From Raja brachyura (Eukaryota): a stretch of DNA of 64,000 bases. The notes beneath the pieces were generated by a model that saw nothing but the letters and a program-made list of their open reading frames with translations, was not told the origin of the DNA and searched no databases. The stretch covers positions 33,108,001 to 33,172,000 of the forward strand of contig OY740811.1 in NCBI GenBank assembly GCA_963514005.1. Reading direction: 5' to 3'. Positions 12,456 through 24,797 of the stretch are shown here, piece after piece. Numbering within the stretch: position 1 is the stretch's first letter; each line of letters begins with the position of its first letter. The position numbers and the translations under genes are program-made.

Positions 12456-13497
12456 CTGCGGCACAAAGACAGCAGACACACATTACAAAAGCACCATGTG
12501 TTAAGTTTTATGACTCGTTGTGCATAGTTTTCATTAAATATTTTTGCATATAGCAGCTGACAATGAACGATTGAGATGGAAGGTTTAATTCAAACTATCT
12601 GGAATTAAACTATTGGGATCAGAACGAGCTCTTTCATATTTTATATTTCACTCACATCCAAGAGCTTGTGTTCTGATCATATCAATAAACAATGAGGCAA
12701 AGAGGCTATATATTACCTCACGATTGTGTTCAGTGAATTATCATCAGGGAATTTTACTTCTCAGATGGAAAAAAAAACAGTTGTTTTCTTCCTCTCTCCT
12801 GTATCTTTGACATAGAAAGTCAACTGGGCCCAAATAGTTCATCTCTACTCTGCTCAATTCCCCATGCTACCTCATCGAAATCTTTTAGCAAACCCAGAAT
12901 TCCCTTCTCAAAGGATTGTAGGAATTTCCCTTCAATTTATCTGTACAATTTGAAACAACTGCCCAATATCCTGGAAAATGTCGTCATGTTTTTTTCTTGT
13001 CATTTGTATTGCGCCTTTGTGGACCTTGTGGACAAATGAAGATATGCCTAAGGCTACACTATCAAAACCTTCCATAAAGTAAAAAAACTTTGAATAGATT
13101 ACTCCTCAGCTGCCTCATTTCATAAGATTCAACCTGTTCATTTTATCCCAATTAGTGTCATTTTATCAAACTATGTAAATGGTTTTCACAGCTTTTGAGT
13201 TTTTCTGTTTCTTTTTGTAAGATGGCAACCTAAAATATATATGTGGCCCTTCTACTGTAACCAGAGTGTTGACTCAAGTTCAGTAAACCTCTCTAGTCTT
13301 TTTTTTTTTTTTTTAATCGTAAGGCTCTGGATTATATCACCTTATATGCTATTTAAAAAAACAAATTATTATTTGCTACAAAATTCAGAGCAGTTGATTC
13401 TTCAGAATCTCATGTTATCAAATTACTACTAAAAAGACAGAGTCTTTGAATGGTATAAGTTTTGACAAATGATGTGCAAGCAGTTAATCACAGTTAC

Positions 13498-13633
13498 CAT
13501 GGATGACTGGTTGTTGCGATCGGGTGCTGCACAGCGGAAGAAGATGCCGACTTTATCCACAGACACGGGGCTCACTTGTTCCCACCCATTCACACGGACC
13601 AATAGCTGATGAATCTTCAACTCATGGGTATGT
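13498..13633 (-). CDS. VPS13D: VPS13D exon (~ex43) HTHELKIHQLLVRVNGWEQVSPVSVDKVG...QSSM
   Basis: ccaacAG|A, ATG|GTAACT; 136 nt. Confidence 0.94.
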
Positions 13634-13879
13634 CTGTTGGTACAAATGCAAATTGTAGTAACATTACTACATCAGCCATGATCACAGTGAATGGCGGTGC
13701 TGGCTTAAAGGGTCGAATGGCCTACTCCTGCACCTGTTGTCTATTACATTACATGCATAGTTTATATTACATTACAGAATGACTACACAATTTCTCACAG
13801 CACATCCAACGCAGCACAAATACAGTTACAATAGTGATAAGATTGTAGGAGGAATGCCATGCCATCTTGTTTCACACAC

Positions 13880-14032
13880 CTGTGCCTTAGTTTTTCCCTG
13901 GCTTCAAACTCGAAAGGAACTTCTTCTCCTGGGAGCACCTCACGCCATTGACTGACATTGTGCTGGTCATCAAGGTCAGCTACAGTTGCTTCATGCATGT
14001 ACCCTGGGCTTTCGCTGTGAGACAGGGCCACT
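13880..14032 (-). CDS. VPS13D: VPS13D exon (~ex42) VALSHSESPG...FEFEAREKLRH
   Basis: within ORF 13795..14085; atgtAG|A, AG|GTGTGT; 153 nt. Confidence 0.93.
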
Positions 14033-14258
14033 CTACATTCAAAAACAACATCTACTTCACTGAGGGTGCACCAAACAACTCTCATTTACAGTCACAGCAT
14101 CAGTACAATCCAATGACAATTCATATTGAAGTACGTACTTTCAATTCTAAAATTATCAAACAAACTTAATTGGAGGAATAGGGGACAGCTGGACGAAATG
14201 CCAAGCAAGTCAACTGTTGCTGAATGATCAATGACATTTAGCAGGGTGATATATCTAT

Positions 14259-14490
14259 TCATAAGTTCATAAGTGAAAGGAGCAGAATTAGGTTATTCGG
14301 CCCATCAAATCTACTCCGCCGTTCAATCATGGCTGATCTATCTCTCCCTCCTAACCCCATTCTCCTGCCTTCTCCCCATAACACCCGACACCCACACTAA
14401 TCAAGAATTTAACTATCTCTGCCATAAAAATATCCAATGACTTGACCTCCACAGACGCCTGTGGCGATGAATTTCACAGATTCACCACCT
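14259..14490 (-). mobile_element. CR1-type LINE 3' end
   Basis: reverse complement of CR1 RT C-terminus/3' UTR with (ATAAGTTC)-type tail. Confidence 0.7.
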
Positions 14491-14652
14491 GGTATTGGTT
14501 TCCAGCATAAGCAATCGGTGAACGGATTAGTTATTTCTATGAATGAATCTTTGCCAGTGGCCAAGCTAAAGGATAAAACCTAACATTTGTAATGAAATAT
14601 CCAGATATGCTTAGAATAGAATATAAGATGTCACAAAGAGAAGATTCCACAC

Positions 14653-14758
14653 CTTGTTGGAGTGGTGGTGAGCGTGGCAAACCACAAGGTGCATCCCGTG
14701 TGATTCCTCAGAGCGTATGGCACAAAAGGTTGCCGTCGCTTTGGTATCTTCTCCTCTG
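14653..14758 (-). CDS. VPS13D: VPS13D exon (~ex41) AEEKIPKRRQPFVPYALRNHTGCTLWFATLTTTPT
   Basis: ttttgcAG|CAG (NAGNAG), AG|GTGTGG; 106 nt. Confidence 0.93.
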
Positions 14759-14854
14759 CTGCAAAATGAAACAAACAAATTAAAAGCCACTGTTGATAGG
14801 GAGTTGATCACCGTAAACCTTATTTGGCCCAGATAGTCACACAAACCAACCGCC

Positions 14855-15277
14855 ATCCCATTGACCTCATCTACGCTTCATGCTGCCTCGGCAAGGCCAG
14901 CAGCATAATCAAGGACGAGTCCCACCCCGGCCACACCCTCTTCTCCCCTCTCCCATCAGGCAAGAGGTACTGAAGTGTGACAACGCACACCTCCAGATTC
15001 AAAGACAGTTTCTTCCCAGCTGTTATCAGGCAACTGAACCACCCTATCACCAACAAGAGAGCGGTCCTGAGCTACTATCTACCTGATTGGAGACCCTCAG
15101 ACTAGCTTTAATTGGACGTTATTGGACTTTAACTTGCACTAAACGTTATTCCCGTTATCATGTATCTGTACACTGTGGATGCCTCAATTGTAATTGTGTA
15201 TAGTTTTTCCGCTGACTAGCTAGCACGCAACAAAAACCTTTCAATGTACCTCGGTACACGCGACAATAAACTGAACC
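14855..15277 (+). mobile_element. Rex1/Babar LINE 3' fragment (RT C-terminus + 3' UTR)
   Basis: translates as CLGKASSIIKDESHPGHTLFSPLPSGKRY*SVTTHTSRFKDSFFPAVIRQLN, the Rex/Babar ORF end; UTR ends GACAATAAAC. Confidence 0.8.
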
Positions 15278-15899
15278 TTCAGCACCCATTAAAATAGTAG
15301 TTTGGCAGCTGGGAGCCCTGCAGGCAGATGCTATTAAGGAACATGTAGGAATGTGACTGTGCATGACTCAGGATGCAAATCATCCTGCTGAGGTTTCACC
15401 AGTTCATCATTTTTCTTTTGGAGGGTCAAGTTAAACATAAACTCCGACGTTATTGCTGAATCCCATCTTATCTTATTAATAAGAGACACATTCGGTTTTT
15501 AGGATTGAACATCGCTGGCAAGGCAGCATACATTGCCTGTCCCCAATTAGGGGACGTTTGGTGTTGTGATCCACGTCGCTGCAATCATTTGAGTGAACAT
15601 AAGGATTGGCAGGTTGCTTGGACTCTGTAAATTGTCTGTGTGCTGCAGAGGTGAGAGTAGATAATGTAGAACTATTGTGTATGGATGATCAATGGTCGGC
15701 ATGGACTCGGTGGGCCGATTTCCATGCTCTATCTTTCAATCAATCAACCAACCAATACTCCTACAATGTTGTTAGGTTTAGACCCAGTAATGATGAATAT
15801 ATTTCCGCATCAGAACGTGCATGGGATCTTCTAAGTTGCGATATTTCCATAAGCTTGCTGCTCCAGCCCTACTTGGCAATATGGGTTGTGCGTTTGGGA

Positions 15900-16290
15900 G
15901 GTGCTTAGTGAACTTGTTGAGTAAACGCCATGTGTTTTTGCAAATGGTGCACACTACCACCATTGTGCACTGCAGGTGGTGGGAATGAATATTTAGGGTG
16001 GTGAATGGCGTTTGGGCAGTGGGAGACTGGGAACTAAACTGGTAGACCGTTTCATGGTGAATTGTGTGAGCTTCTTGAGAGTTGAAGGAGCTGCACACAT
16101 CCAGACCAGCACAGGCTATTCCATCATGCTCCTCACTTGTCCTTAGAGATTGTGGAAAGGCTTTGAGGTGTCAGATCAGTAACTGCCAGAGGATAGCCAG
16201 ACTCTGACCTATGCTTGTGGCCACAGCATTTAAATGACTGGTCCAGATGAGTTTCCAGACAATGGTGATTCCAGGCTATTGTCTGTGAGT
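15900..16290 (-). mobile_element. old degenerate CR1/L2-group LINE RT fragment
   Basis: residual motifs such as LNIHSHH..CT..VCTI.K and similarity to TIDxKLNWTSHI...SVMEYS; many disruptions; boundaries approximate. Confidence 0.55.
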
Positions 16291-17189
16291 GCAGGAGAAT
16301 TTATAACTACATTAAAAACAAACAACAATATCAATGAATGTCAAGGAAGATTGGAAATTGTAATTATTTGGAACTTTAATGGAACTGTTGTTACTATCCT
16401 CTTGTCGGCCCTTGCCTGTATGTTGTCTTGCTGGGTTTTTTAGATCAAGTTATTTTGTAAGGTATTCTAATAAACATATACATTATTTAAAATTAATGGG
16501 ATTGTAAAAATATTAGACAAAATTAATTTAATAAACTAATGTTAATCAAATATTTATCAGGATTCTTTTAGATGAGGATCTATGGTGAGAATTGAGATAT
16601 ATTTATAAACACCAACACGAGGATCATTAGCATGGGATTACATTTCTGTGATCAAATGAAGATGGTGACTTTTAATGATCAAATGGAACACTTGAAATTG
16701 TGTCCCTTAATCCAGCCTAACCAATGCAGTACTGTCATGGGAATAGCAAGGAGCTGGCTTCATAGTGCAGTTAAACTATTTGGCAAAAGAAAATGCTGAC
16801 ATTGCACTCGTGTGGAAGGAATATCAAACTTTACGAGCATGCTACAAACCATATAGCTATGTTTGTGTGTGTTTATAAATATAGTGTGCACATCTTGGCT
16901 TCTATTACACTCAGTTGGCAAGCTTGGCGTTACTAACTTGCAAACGTGTGATTTCTGTAAAGACTTTTCCCAGACCCAGCGCACACACTCTGCTGGGATG
17001 AGTACTGATGCTGACACACAGCAGTTGTTCCTTAAACCCGAAAAATCAGATGATGGAAGGTGCCTTTTGCTTTCAACAATTATGGCCCCTTGTCATAACT
17101 GGTAACAATATACAATTTAAATGTTTACAATAATAAAGAACATATATAGTTCATATTTTAAACAAAAATCAGAATGTGGCTATTTGTAA

Positions 17190-17308
17190 TAGACACAAAA
17201 TGCTGGAGTAACTCGGACAGACACAAAGTGCTGGACTAACTCAGCGGGTGAGGCAGCATCTCTGGAGAAAAGGAATAGGTGATGTTTCAGGATGAGACTC
17301 TTCTTCAC
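17190..17308. mobile_element. Penelope-derived short element with internal duplication of its start
   Basis: AGACACAAAATGCTGGAGTAACTC present twice, then family body. Confidence 0.7.
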
Positions 17309-17804
17309 AACTACATACACTGACGTGAAAAGTACCCATAGATTTCAACCTATGAACAAAACAATTGGATAATTACCTAAGAATGGGCTTGGTCCTGAAG
17401 AAGCACAATATGAAAAGAGAAAGAATCATTTTGCACCATAAAGGACAATGAACAGAAAAGCAACGCATCTATTTGATGCTCATATACAGTACACTAAATG
17501 GCTCTTGAAATTGTTTCCTGTCCTGTAATCCTGATCTGCTCAGTGAAACTCAGAGCTGTTAAAAAGCAAACCTCACGTCTGAGACAAATTGCAATTGGGT
17601 ACATCATCACGGGGACCACTGATTATTTTAAATATTGATACTTGATCCTGGCATGCTTAATCGCAATGTTTTGCAAACTAGTCTTAAATGAAAATCAAAG
17701 AAAATCTGAAAGGTTTCATTTACATTCTTTGTAAGTGGATTCATCACCAGATTCAGAAAAAATACATTCTCCTCAGTTTACAAAAAGCAAGGGGGGAAAT
17801 TGCA

Positions 17805-17924
17805 GAGTGTAGGAAGAAACTGCAGATGCTGGTTTAAACTGGAAAGAGATGGAGTAACTCAGTGGGACAGGCAAGTCTCAAGGGAGAAGGAATGGGTGAT
17901 GTTTCAGGTCAAACCCTTTCTTCA
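17805..17924. mobile_element. Penelope-derived short element with 9-bp TSD
   Basis: GAAATTGCA at 17796-17804 and 17925-17933. Confidence 0.75.
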
Positions 17925-19137
17925 GAAATTGCACTGGGTTCTGATAATCATTTGTTGATCATCCCTTGCTACAGGAATGGTGTTGGTGTGTTGGTTGTGA
18001 GTTTGCTTCAAAAAAAAACAATGAAGGGATAACAAATAATTACAGACCAGTTTGTCTAACAAGTGGTGAGCAAATTATTGCAATCAATCCTGAGGGGCAG
18101 TGAAATCCTTCGTACAAGATGTTTTCTTTATTAGCCCAGGAATAGATAAAAGGACCGGGGAGGTTTATGCTAGAACTATACACAAGTCTTGCTTGTACCT
18201 TGTACCCTGTGGTCATTACTCCCGAAGAGTCCAGCAGGGACTATACTATGGCCACAGCTTTAGAAATTTGTAGAGTTCCAATAGACAATAGACAATAGGT
18301 GCAGGAGCAGGCCATTCGGCCCTTCGAGCCAGCACCACCGTTCAATGTGATCATGGCTGATCATCAAATATTACACTGGAGATGGTGCCGAGGACATTTA
18401 TGAGCATGTTGCCAGGATTACATGTTTTAGCTGAGAGGAAAGATTAGGGTAGAGCAGTTGATTTTGGAACAGGGGAGGTTGATTGGAGATTATTTTTTGT
18501 TGCATAAAAATAAAAGGCCCTGGATAGCGTAAACGGGAATAAACAAGGAATCATGGCCGGCACAGAAATTGTGGAGCCAAAGGGCCAGTTCCTGTGCTGT
18601 ACTGCATTTAAAGTAATTTACAGAAAGATAAGAAAGAAAGAGAGGAATTTTCTTCCACTCGGATATGTTAAGAGGTTGGGAACTCAATGCCAGAAAGGGA
18701 CCTAATGGCAGAAATGCTCACCTCAGCCAAAAAGTGCTTATGTGTGCACCTGAAGTGCTGTAATCTGCAAGGCTACCAATCAAGTGTGGGACCTTGGGCA
18801 CTTTTCTGACTGGCACAAGCCAAATGGCATCCTGCTCTGTTGTAAATCTCCTATGATTCTATGTATTCAGAGTTACATGGCAAAGGAAAAATAGAGCCAG
18901 CATCTTTTTATGTAGCATGCCATCTGTGAAGTAACTGAAATAAAACACTGACAGCAAGTTGGACTGCTCTTTTTCCAGTTGGCTAAAACAGTCGCGATCA
19001 TAACATACAAGGCAGCCTCTGTACAATCTGGTACAAGTCAAGAGAGGTCGAAATGATCGAGAGGATGTGCATCATCTGGAGATATAAGAGTGTGTAGGTA
19101 CTGGAATCTAGAGCAATAAATCTGCAGTGGCAGCTTT

Positions 19138-19159
19138 GGGGGGGGGGGGGGGGGGGGGG
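19138..19159. repeat. poly-G tract (22 nt)
   Basis: direct reading. Confidence 0.9.
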
Positions 19160-19179
19160 CGGGAAATAGGATTGCCATA

Positions 19180-19960
19180 ATTTTGGGTCAAAACCTTGCA
19201 TCAGAACAGAGAGTGGAGAGGGGAGATAGTCAGTCTAAAAAGGAGACGATTGTTGCGACAAGGCCCAACAAGCGAAGGGCGAGGGATGATGAACAAATTG
19301 GGCTGGGTAGGGGAGCGAGAGCGTTGAATTTCGGAACAGGTGGATAAGTTTAAAAAAAAAGGACAGACGGCGCCAGGTAAGGGGGAAGGGAGGTGAAGCT
19401 AGAGCAGTCAGGCTGGAGACTATGAGAACACAAAGGCTCCCACGGTTGGAATCTGATAAATAAGGAAGGTAATAATGGGAAGAGGTGGAGGATGGATGGA
19501 ACTAGAACCAAGTGGGGGAGCGTTGGAGGTGGAGGAGTGAGTGAAATGGGTGGGGAGTGGATGGATGGAACCAGAAAGGGGTGATCGGGGACTGAAGGAG
19601 GGGATACGGAGTCTGAGAAAGTCGACAAAAATGGGAGCACCAGAAGATGATTGAAAGGAGAATGCGGCGAGGAAATGTAATCTTCATAACATTGGGCTAT
19701 AGATTTCCCCGGTGGACTATGATGTGCCGTTCATCCTTTGCTTTATCCTGATAGAAGATGGTGCAGGATGGTGTGGAAATGGTAAGGAGAATTGAAATGG
19801 CTCACTCAGGATAGGCACTGTGGACAGGGCGTAGCTAGTCTGAAAATAGGTCGCCTTATCCCAGTTTGGTCTCGTCATTTTTGAGGAGGCTACATCGGGA
19901 GGTTGGAAAACTGGATTGGTACGTAACCATGTAATGTACTCAAACGAATAAGTGACCTTC
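19180..19960 (-). mobile_element. decayed Penelope-like retroelement: GIY-YIG endonuclease remnant, pyrimidine-rich trailer, hammerhead-like end
   Basis: minus-strand frames give SRCSLLKNDETKLG*GDLFSD*LRPV, SHFNSPYH and KDERHIIVHRGNL*PNVM, matching the PLE pattern CGLLYIGETKRRLGDRF.EHLRSV / SHFNSPSH / KLEEQHLIFRLG.LQP.GMN. Confidence 0.7.
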
Positions 19961-20098
19961 AAAGCAGTTCACACAATGGGATAAACTTTCCAAATTGGAG
20001 TAAAGTTTCAACTGAAACAGAAAGAAGTTAGAAGATAAATAAAAATAACCAAGTTTACACTTCACATTTTTCTTCTGGCTGGCACTTGGGAGCCCTAA

Positions 20099-20730
20099 AG
20101 GGCCTGTCCCACTGTCATTTGCACATCATTTACGCGACAGACCGGTAGTGACTGATGCGCGACGGTCGCGCGCAAATCACGCGTCATCATGCGTCAGACC
20201 AGCCGTCTGGTACGCGTGGCGTCATTAGAATACCCTGCTTCCCTATTCTGCATCATGACCATCATGGAAGAACTACAGATGTTATTGCTACAGCAACAGA
20301 GACTTCTGTTAGCAGCAGCCCTCATACTTACAGATCAGCCAGGCAGAAGTACAACAAGAAAGGCCAGCAAGAAACCCAGGAATAGGTCTGTGTGGACGAG
20401 GTTAGAGGTTACATGACACGTAAAAGGCGGGCCGACTGCGTATGGGCGGCGTCGCATGTTTACGGACGTTAACGCACGGTGACATAACCATGCGTCACCA
20501 CATGATACAGCGTGTGACGTCAATGTGTCAGCGTGCATAAGCAATACGTCATGCAGGTGGCGAGCGAGGATTTCGGTACACTACGATATCCTGGAGCAGC
20601 GCGCGTACCACGCGATTCCACGCCTCACCATGCGCCATGCGAGCGTCACCCACGCGCCCCCCATGCGTCGACCAATTTTATACATGACGCGTAAATGAGG
20701 CGCAAATAACGCCCAAATGGGGCACGCTCT
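20099..20730 (+). mobile_element. PIF/Harbinger deletion derivative retaining a putative transposase N-terminus
   Basis: left TIR AGGGCCTGTCCCACT, degenerate right TIR, TAA/TTA flanks; ORF 20189..20416 ends ...KKPRNRSVWTR. Confidence 0.7.
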
Positions 20731-21053
20731 TTAATCAATGGCGTGATTCGCACCCTTTGTTTTTGACCCCTCCCACAACTCTGACTAGCAGGAGGGGAGG
20801 GGTCTGTAAAATTAACATCATTACTTATGCACAAAGTATTTGAAGTAAACTACTAAACACTGACTGAGAGAGTGAAATGTACAAAAATACATGGGCACAA
20901 CAATGGACAATGTACCCCTGAGTCTGACCAGTAAACTGAAAACGTATAGATAAGAAAATATAAGACAACAGCCAAATGCTTTTTGTTGGTATGTTACACT
21001 ATATATATACAAAATATATATTTTTCACTTCTTCCCACACTCAGGTGCAGTAC

Positions 21054-21128
21054 CTCTGGCATATATCTGCCGCTCTAGGTTGGTCAGGCTGGCAGTGCTT
21101 CTAGTTCTAAGGTAGGCAAGAGGGCTGT
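21054..21128 (-). CDS. VPS13D: VPS13D 75-nt cassette exon (~ex40) NSPLAYLRTRSTASLTNLERQIYAR
   Basis: (TC)n-TGTCAG|AC acceptor, G|GTACTG donor; symmetric phase 1/1; matches human SLPLVYLRTRSTASLTNLEHQIYAR as recalled. Confidence 0.92.
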
Positions 21129-21130
21129 CT

Positions 21131-21133
<3 letters not shown>

Positions 21134-21171
<38 letters not shown>
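21134..21171. repeat. (GA)n/(TC)n microsatellite forming the polypyrimidine tract of the cassette exon
   Basis: direct reading; abuts the acceptor at 21129-21130. Confidence 0.95.
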
Positions 21172-21174
<3 letters not shown>

Positions 21175-21309
21175 TTGAGTTAGAAAGTAAACGGTGAAGT
21201 GCGGTTTAAAATGTTATTCCTCCTTAGATTGAGAAATGTAATGATCAATAAATATAGGTACAATGATGATAGGTATAAAAAATAATGCTGTATTTTAAAT
21301 GGGGTATGG

Positions 21310-21600
21310 TGTACAATATTACCGATTGTCTGCTATAACCGAGTAAGGGGGGTTATGAGTTATTTACATATATCAAGTGCTTTAACAGCTAACAATACTA
21401 AAGGCAGTTTGTTGCATTGTTTATAGCATATCATTGCATTAGTGTCAATCAAAGCAATTGCTTGTCAATGTGAATGGGCCCCCGCAATGTAACTAGCAGC
21501 CCGTGTACTTAAAGAGACCGTGGTGTCCGATTACGGTGGGCATGCTCCGTCCACTATAACCAAAATCCATTGTAAAGTCCATAATAACGAGGGTAGACTA
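21310..21600. mobile_element. possible Tigger/pogo-like MITE remnant
   Basis: right end ATAACGAGGGTAGACT resembles Tigger-type TIR; repeated (G/A)CTATAAC subterminal motifs; left TIR not found. Confidence 0.35.
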
Positions 21601-23615
21601 TTATTAAGTGTCTCTTGATGATTTTTAGGCAGTAATTTTAATTTACTTCTTCTTAAATTTGGGTCTCATCAGTCATTTAACTAGTACCAAAAAGATTGTA
21701 TTTGCATATTGCCTGTCACCGATGCAAATTTTACTTCCCGATGTCAACCTAGATTTAGCAATAATCAAAGCACTCATTCGACACGTTCAAAGTAATAAAA
21801 ACTCTCTAAAACTCACTGGCATTTTACAAACCATGTTAAACTGCATCTGCTTTGTATTAAAGAATGAACAGTTTTGCTTAACGATTACTTCAGTATTGCA
21901 TGCTGAAGCATTCTAAATCATCTTTATATTACTGACAGATGAAGGGAAACCTTGTTTAATATGTTTGTCTTTCAAATGGAGATAATAACATATTTTAAAG
22001 TAAATATTTCATTCATATGGACCACCAGGCAGGCCAAAATGGTGATGAAAACTATAGGGACTGACCTGCACATGACTCTCAATTTGGACAGCATAATATT
22101 AAAGTAGCCTGAGAGGCCATCTGGGAAACTGTCGCACAGGGTGGGAATATATAAAGTAACAACAAAATAAGTTATTATTTTCCTCATTAGAAAAAGTACT
22201 TTGTACAACTTTGCAAAGTGGCACAAATGTAACTGTTCGCCAGAAGATCATCAGTGAAATTTTTCGAAAAGTCAAAGTTCATTCCATGTAGTTTAATAGA
22301 TGAATCAACAGGTTTTTACTGCATAACCTGCACAGCTTAAGAAGGGGAATCATGCACCTTTTATCGAGGAAGATTTATAGGGATGGATAATGACACTTGG
22401 TAATGTTCCTTAGCTTAACAGTGGGACATGTCATGGGAGAATAATTGATCCCAATTGGTTAGTATTAATAAAATGAATAATTTCTCATGTGAAATGTTTT
22501 TTTTTGGTAACATACTTGGAATTTGTGTAACGGAGGAGAAGTTGTAACTGCATTTCTTATGAGAAAACTCCACTCCAAAAAGACACATCTGGGATTTAAT
22601 ACGATACGATACCACCACTTTATTTATCCCAGAGGGAAATTGGTCTGCCACCAGTCAAAAGATACAGTTACAAGGCATTGGGAGCGTCATGTGCATTATA
22701 ATAATAATAATAATGAGATTTAAGTGACCAATTATTGCACAGCATGTATGCAATATTGCATTAACATGAAATTAAATTCTCGTGGAAACAACCAGGATGA
22801 GGGATGTGCATAAGGGGGGGGGGGGTCAGTCCACCCTACGACAAAAGTGGGAGGAGTTGTACAGTTTGATAACCACAGGGAAATAGGATCACCTGTGGCA
22901 TTCACCTTGGTGGGACCAGTCTGTTGCTGAAGGTGCTCCTCAGGTTGGCCAGTATGTCATGGAGGGGTATAATACACATTTTATACAAAATGTCTTCATT
23001 AGCTTTTAATCTATAGAGTCATACAGCATGGAAACAGGCTCTTTGGCCCAACTCGTCCATGCCGACCAAGATGCTCCTTCCAAGCTGGTCCCATTTGCTC
23101 AGCATTGGCCCATGCCCAATGACACAAAATGGTCTCTTCGATAGTCCTTTCTTAAACTGCTCCAGTTCATATTGGGAACTTTCCTGCTGTTGCAGGGGTC
23201 TGATGTTGACATATTGAGTACAAATAGCAGAAAGAGGCAGCATTCATGGTGACTCCGAAATGAAAAACTCCCAAGCCTTTGTTTTGAAAATAATTAATAA
23301 TTAATAACAGATTTTAAACTCTTGAAATTGTTAACAAATTTTAGAAATTTAAGAATTTGAAACTATATCTTACAAAATCTAGCTATCACGCAGTATGAAT
23401 AATTCCTTCTGCTCTTTGGAGTTGATTGAAACATGTTGGTCATTGGGATGTAGACATATCTGACCCTCATTTCCATGTAGTGAGCTTTTGTCTATGAGAA
23501 CAGCCTGTTGCATTTGCTGCTTTAACCTTTCGATACATGTTATATCTTCAACTGGGAGTTGCAACCTTCAATCATGAGCCTATTGTCACTTTGTCTAGAT
23601 GACATGGAATCATGT

Positions 23616-23740
23616 GGAAACAAGGAACTGCAGATGCTGGTTAACACCAAAGGACACAAAGTGCTGGAGTAACTCAGCAGGTCAAGCAGCATCTCTGGAG
23701 AACATGGATAGGTGACAATTTGGGTCGGGACCCTTCACAT
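23616..23740. mobile_element. Penelope-derived short element with decayed 18-bp TSD
   Basis: GATGACATGGAATCATGT 23598-23615 versus GATGACTTGGCGTCATGT 23741-23758 (15/18). Confidence 0.7.
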
Positions 23741-23919
23741 GATGACTTGGCGTCATGTTCGGCAGGGACATGGTGGGCCAAAGGACTTGTTCTACTTTCT
23801 AGGTGCACTTTCAGAGCCGATAATTTAAACAAGACAGCCAAATTCAATTTTCTGATAGACATTTATTACCTTTAACAATGGAAGAAAGTGTCCTACACCT
23901 TTTTATATTAAGTACTTAC

Positions 23920-24036
23920 TCTGTCCGTGTAATGGATCGACATACATTCCAGTCCTCCACTGAGATGTTTCTGAACTCTCACTTTCTTCCTTACAGTAGT
24001 CAGCAATCCAAGAGGCTTTTGTCCTTTTGTACTGCT
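23920..24036 (-). CDS. VPS13D: VPS13D exon (~ex39) EQYKRTKASWIADYCK...VDPLHGQ
   Basis: tttatAG|AG, A|GTAAGT; 117 nt. Confidence 0.93.
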
Positions 24037-24656
24037 CTATAAAAAACAAATAGAACAGTAAAATGAAAGGAATTGGGTTAGGTTGGAAATTATGCTTTTG
24101 GAATAATGTTACAGCCAAACCACATTGATCCGACAACATTTTACGTTGTATGCATGTACCTATAGATGATACTGAGTGGATGTTGCCATTCCCATTGTTT
24201 GATCCACCAAAAGAGGCTAATTCAAGAAATGGGGAGTGTATCAATCTAGGCTAGGAACGTGTTCAATTAAAAGAAAAGACTGCAAATACTAAAAATCTCA
24301 CAGATAAAAATGAACATTTAACATCTGGGGAGAGACACTTTATTCAGAACTCTTCCTCTTTCAAACCAGCCACTAAAGAGAATATGAGATAGCAAGGATA
24401 CCAACTGATATGTATAAGTGTAATAAAGATGTACGAAGCATATTTCACATTTCAGTGCTTTACATCCATTCACAATAACTTTTCTGTACATCTCTCGTAC
24501 AAATTGTTGTGAACTAATGGTTGGCATTGCTTACAAAATTACAGTCAGCATAAATCCCCAGTCATTTTCACAGACCAACAGGTAATCCTCAAGTTAACAG
24601 CTAACACAATGCCTGCACTAAGATCTGCCGACCTGTTACTACTGAAGATTCCTTAC

Positions 24657-24797
24657 CCATCAGGACAGATGTAATGTTGATGTCAAGCCGCTGTTTTGCT
24701 TGGAGATCCAACTTAAGGCGAGGTGGGTGAAGACGACTAGCTGCTTGCTGCTGCCAACTCAGGAACGTTGTCCAAGGTTCAGCAAAAGGCTCCCACC
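24657..24797 (-). CDS. VPS13D: VPS13D exon (~ex38) GWEPFAEPW...LDINITSVLM
   Basis: acactAG|GG, G|GTAAGG; 141 nt; conserved VPS13 WEP-x-x-EPW motif. Confidence 0.95.

Noticed and set aside
19350-19687. Pro/Ser/Leu-rich ORFs
   Set aside because: Low-complexity pyrimidine-rich trailer of the decayed Penelope-like element.
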